Of a stretch of 64,000 bases of DNA, positions 61,181 through 64,000 are shown piece by piece; the first letter of the stretch is position 1; every line of letters starts with the position of its first letter. Location of the stretch: positions 186,530,815-186,594,814 of the forward strand of contig NC_068981.1 of assembly GCF_001194135.2 (NCBI RefSeq), given 5' to 3'. Position numbers and translations under genes: made by a program. The notes under the pieces are model-generated. The model saw only the letters and a list, made by a program, of their open reading frames with translations, was not told the origin of the DNA and made no database searches. This stretch comes from Octopus bimaculoides (Eukaryota).

Positions 61181-62094
61181 ACGGTAAAAACACATACACA
61201 CATACACACACTGACGTTATCATCGTACATCTGAGAAATCATAAGTATCACATGTAGAATTTATTTTTAGATCACATTTAAAACATAACCACCTGATCGA
61301 TAAATATTTCGTCTACCATATCGTCCACTCGGCAGAAAGCTGTGTCAGAATGAGAGTCTATCTAAAGTAAAACTGTTGTGAAAAGAGCATGGAATAAGAA
61401 ATTACTCTAGGTACTAAAAAATAAGTCAGACTGTAATAGACGAAATTAGAAGACGACTCCCGTATCGTCTGTAAACATTGTTATATGACACAACAGAAAT
61501 ACATAGCTTATACATGTGGAGGTTTTTTCGTAGCTAAACGTATATATGGAGATCTAAATGCATAATATAACACCGAGCTGCATAACCTAATATACTTTCA
61601 TGCATATTGACATTTTACAGAGAGCGTATTGACCTTGAAAGAGAATCCAATGATTTCAGACCAAAAGCCTTTGATTGTTATGAACAAAAGGGCAATGTCC
61701 ATAATATATGATCATGTGTAAATGCTACATTAATAGAGATACGTTAAATGATAGTCTCCCAAGATTTGCATTATTTACATAATAATGACAATTTACCAGC
61801 AACTTTATTGATAATGGCATCTAATTGAGGTATTCTGCGTTTCAAACTGCGATATCGCAAAAGTTGTCTGTTTAACGCTAAAGCCTCAAGAGGAGTTTCG
61901 TATCATGTGGTAAGATAGTAAACATGCTGGGCCAAAAAGTAGGTTAAATTATAAATCATTTGAACATATTATTTCTGGTATTTATGTAATTTCATTCCGG
62001 GAATATTTTGAAATGTTTGTGTTTAATATATTATTTGATTTCTTCAAAACATTTCGCTTCTGCGAAGAAATTCTCCATTCGTTTCGTTTCTGTT

Positions 62095-62466
62095 ATATAG
62101 TCGTGGCACTCCGTCGCTTACGACGACGAGGGTTCCAGTTGATCCGATCAACGGAGGGCCTGCTCGTGAAATTAACGTGCAAGTAGCTGAGCACTCCACA
62201 GACACGTATACTATTAACGTAGTTATCGGGGATATTTAGTGTGACAAGGCCGACCCTTTGAAATACAGGTACAACAGAAACAGGAAGAAAGAGTGAAAGA
62301 AAGTTATTTTGAAAGAGTACCGCAAGGTTCGCCACCACTCCCTGCCGGAGCCTCATGGAGCTTTAGGTATTTTCGCTCAATAAACATTCACAATGCCCGT
62401 TCAGGGAATCGAAACCGCCATTCTACGACCGCGAGTCCGCTGTCCTAACCACTTGGCCACTGCGCC
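62095..62466 (-). mobile_element. SINE-D, full length (tRNA-derived head)
   Basis: Minus-strand head GGCGCAGTGGCCAAGTGGTTAGGACAGCGGACTCGCGGTCGTAG...GGTTTCGATTCCC with A and B boxes; 3' part matches 21213-21392. Confidence 0.85.
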
Positions 62467-63312
62467 TTGTGTGTATTCAAGGAGGTACCCCAGCTGTAAT
62501 AACTTAAACAAGTAAAAGATAGAAAATACCTATAGACAGATAGATTGTATTAAAGGTACCATAAATAAATAAATATCTATTTATTCAGCATATAATCGCC
62601 ACCGTTAACAATAACACTTACCCACCTCAAAACCCATTTCCTGATCCCTCTGGAAGGGAAACATGCTTGGAATACCGTTTCGCTATCGACCCAGCTACTG
62701 ACTGTCTTTTCCATTAGTAAGGATTTGAAGTGACCTGAAGAAGTGAAAATCTGATGCCACTAAATCTGTGGAGGAGACTGAAGCAGAATTGGGGAGTTCT
62801 TCTCCCCAACCTAATGCATTTATATTTTCTTGGTTTATATTCACAGAATGTGGCCTTACATAATCATATTACAGGATTACTCCCTTTCTATTGTACCCAC
62901 TTCCCTTCTCTATACACATCCTCAATCTGCTTCAAATGATTTTGCACAGTGAACTAAGACTCATTAAACCTCCTGGATAGGACCCCGATACTTTGACAGA
63001 AATTTCTTTGAAATACGACATTACTTTTCGATACCCCTAATATATATGTGTTTCACGTATTATTGATTATGTCAGTAAAGAAAGACTATTAATTTTGCCA
63101 GCAAAGGAGAGATTAGGTAAGATGGCTACGATACTTCTGCATTATTGTAAAACTTAAATTGATGTAATTGACAGTGAATGTTTGCAACGCAGTTACAAAG
63201 TTGTGAGCACAAATAAATAAATTTGTTTTGTTTCTTTTTTTCTATAAATATCGATTCTGTCTGTCTTCGATGCAACGATAACGATGTGTATGTATATATG
63301 TGTGTCTGTGTA

Positions 63313-63349
<37 letters not shown>

Positions 63350-64000
63350 GCGTGTGTCTGTGTATGTATGCTTCATCATTTGTATTCTGTCGTCTGTCTA
63401 GTTATTCATTAAATTTAGACTAAACGTACAGGATGCAAGTTTGATTGACGTTAGATATACTTAATGACATCAGTTTAAATTATTCCTTTGAAAACGAATA
63501 ACAAATATACTGTGTGGTAAAGTTGTTTATCAACCTTTGATGTTTGGAGGATTTGTTAAAGTTGACGCTTGGCAAAACTGAAAGGAAAAACAGTAAACAC
63601 TACATTTAACGCCTCCAAGTTAATACGATTGCTATGATGACTGCATTTCTTATCATCAATAAAAAGAATGTCGAATTAGGTGCTATAGGTCAAGTCATAT
63701 ACAGAAAATGCGATTGTAGACGAATCTTTTCAATCTTTAATTATTTATGACCTTCAAATGTGAATAAATTGCAATAATGTCACGTATCTCAGTATTCAAA
63801 ATCTTGTTTATCATTTAGCCAGTCCTGAATGACTGGTCCCATCATAAAATACACTCCAGCTATGCACATCTATGCTTTTGCATCAGGCATCGCCTACCTG
63901 GAAGTATATAATCAACTGTGTCTTTTGTTAAAGTGAGTGTATGATCTGAAAGTTCTATTGCTGTTGCTTCTTGCTGGTTGTGCGATCTGGTACATGCCTC

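Noticed and set aside
62395-62466. tRNA gene on the minus strand
   Set aside because: It is the head of SINE-D, and the cloverleaf is incomplete.
63770-63975. Possible degenerate interspersed repeat at the window end
   Set aside because: No second copy in the window and no diagnostic features to support a call.

Overview
AT-rich eukaryotic intronic or intergenic DNA, most likely from an octopus. That assignment is an inference from the SINE families and the very high microsatellite load. About 17 N-gaps (~6.9 kb in total) are present, most bordered by (TA)n, (CA)n or (GA)n. There is no intact long ORF: almost every entry in the ORF track is a microsatellite or N-run read-through. The window is a mosaic of mobile DNA. 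SINEs: ~22 copies or fragments of a tRNA-headed, CORE-like family with an internal (TA)n(TG)n cassette (called SINE-A here), ~13 copies of a second family (SINE-B), and two rarer tRNA-headed families (SINE-C, SINE-D). LINE relics: RTE (8.5 kb), CR1 (43-44 kb) and an R4/Dong-like element sitting in a (TAA)n tract (58.2-58.5 kb). DNA-transposon relics: a Tc1/mariner (maT-like) transposase pseudogene (18.4-19.1 kb), two MITE-like elements and a Helitron-like element. A few short splice-site-bounded segments are candidate exons on both strands; the best is +59021-59159. The most interesting signal is a near-complete type I hammerhead ribozyme motif (22192-22251, minus strand) enclosed in an ~84-bp inverted repeat. 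Four more degenerate hammerhead-like motifs occur, one beside a Penelope-like ORF fragment, suggesting dispersed Penelope-derived ribozyme modules. Family labels A-F are my own working names; no database search was run.
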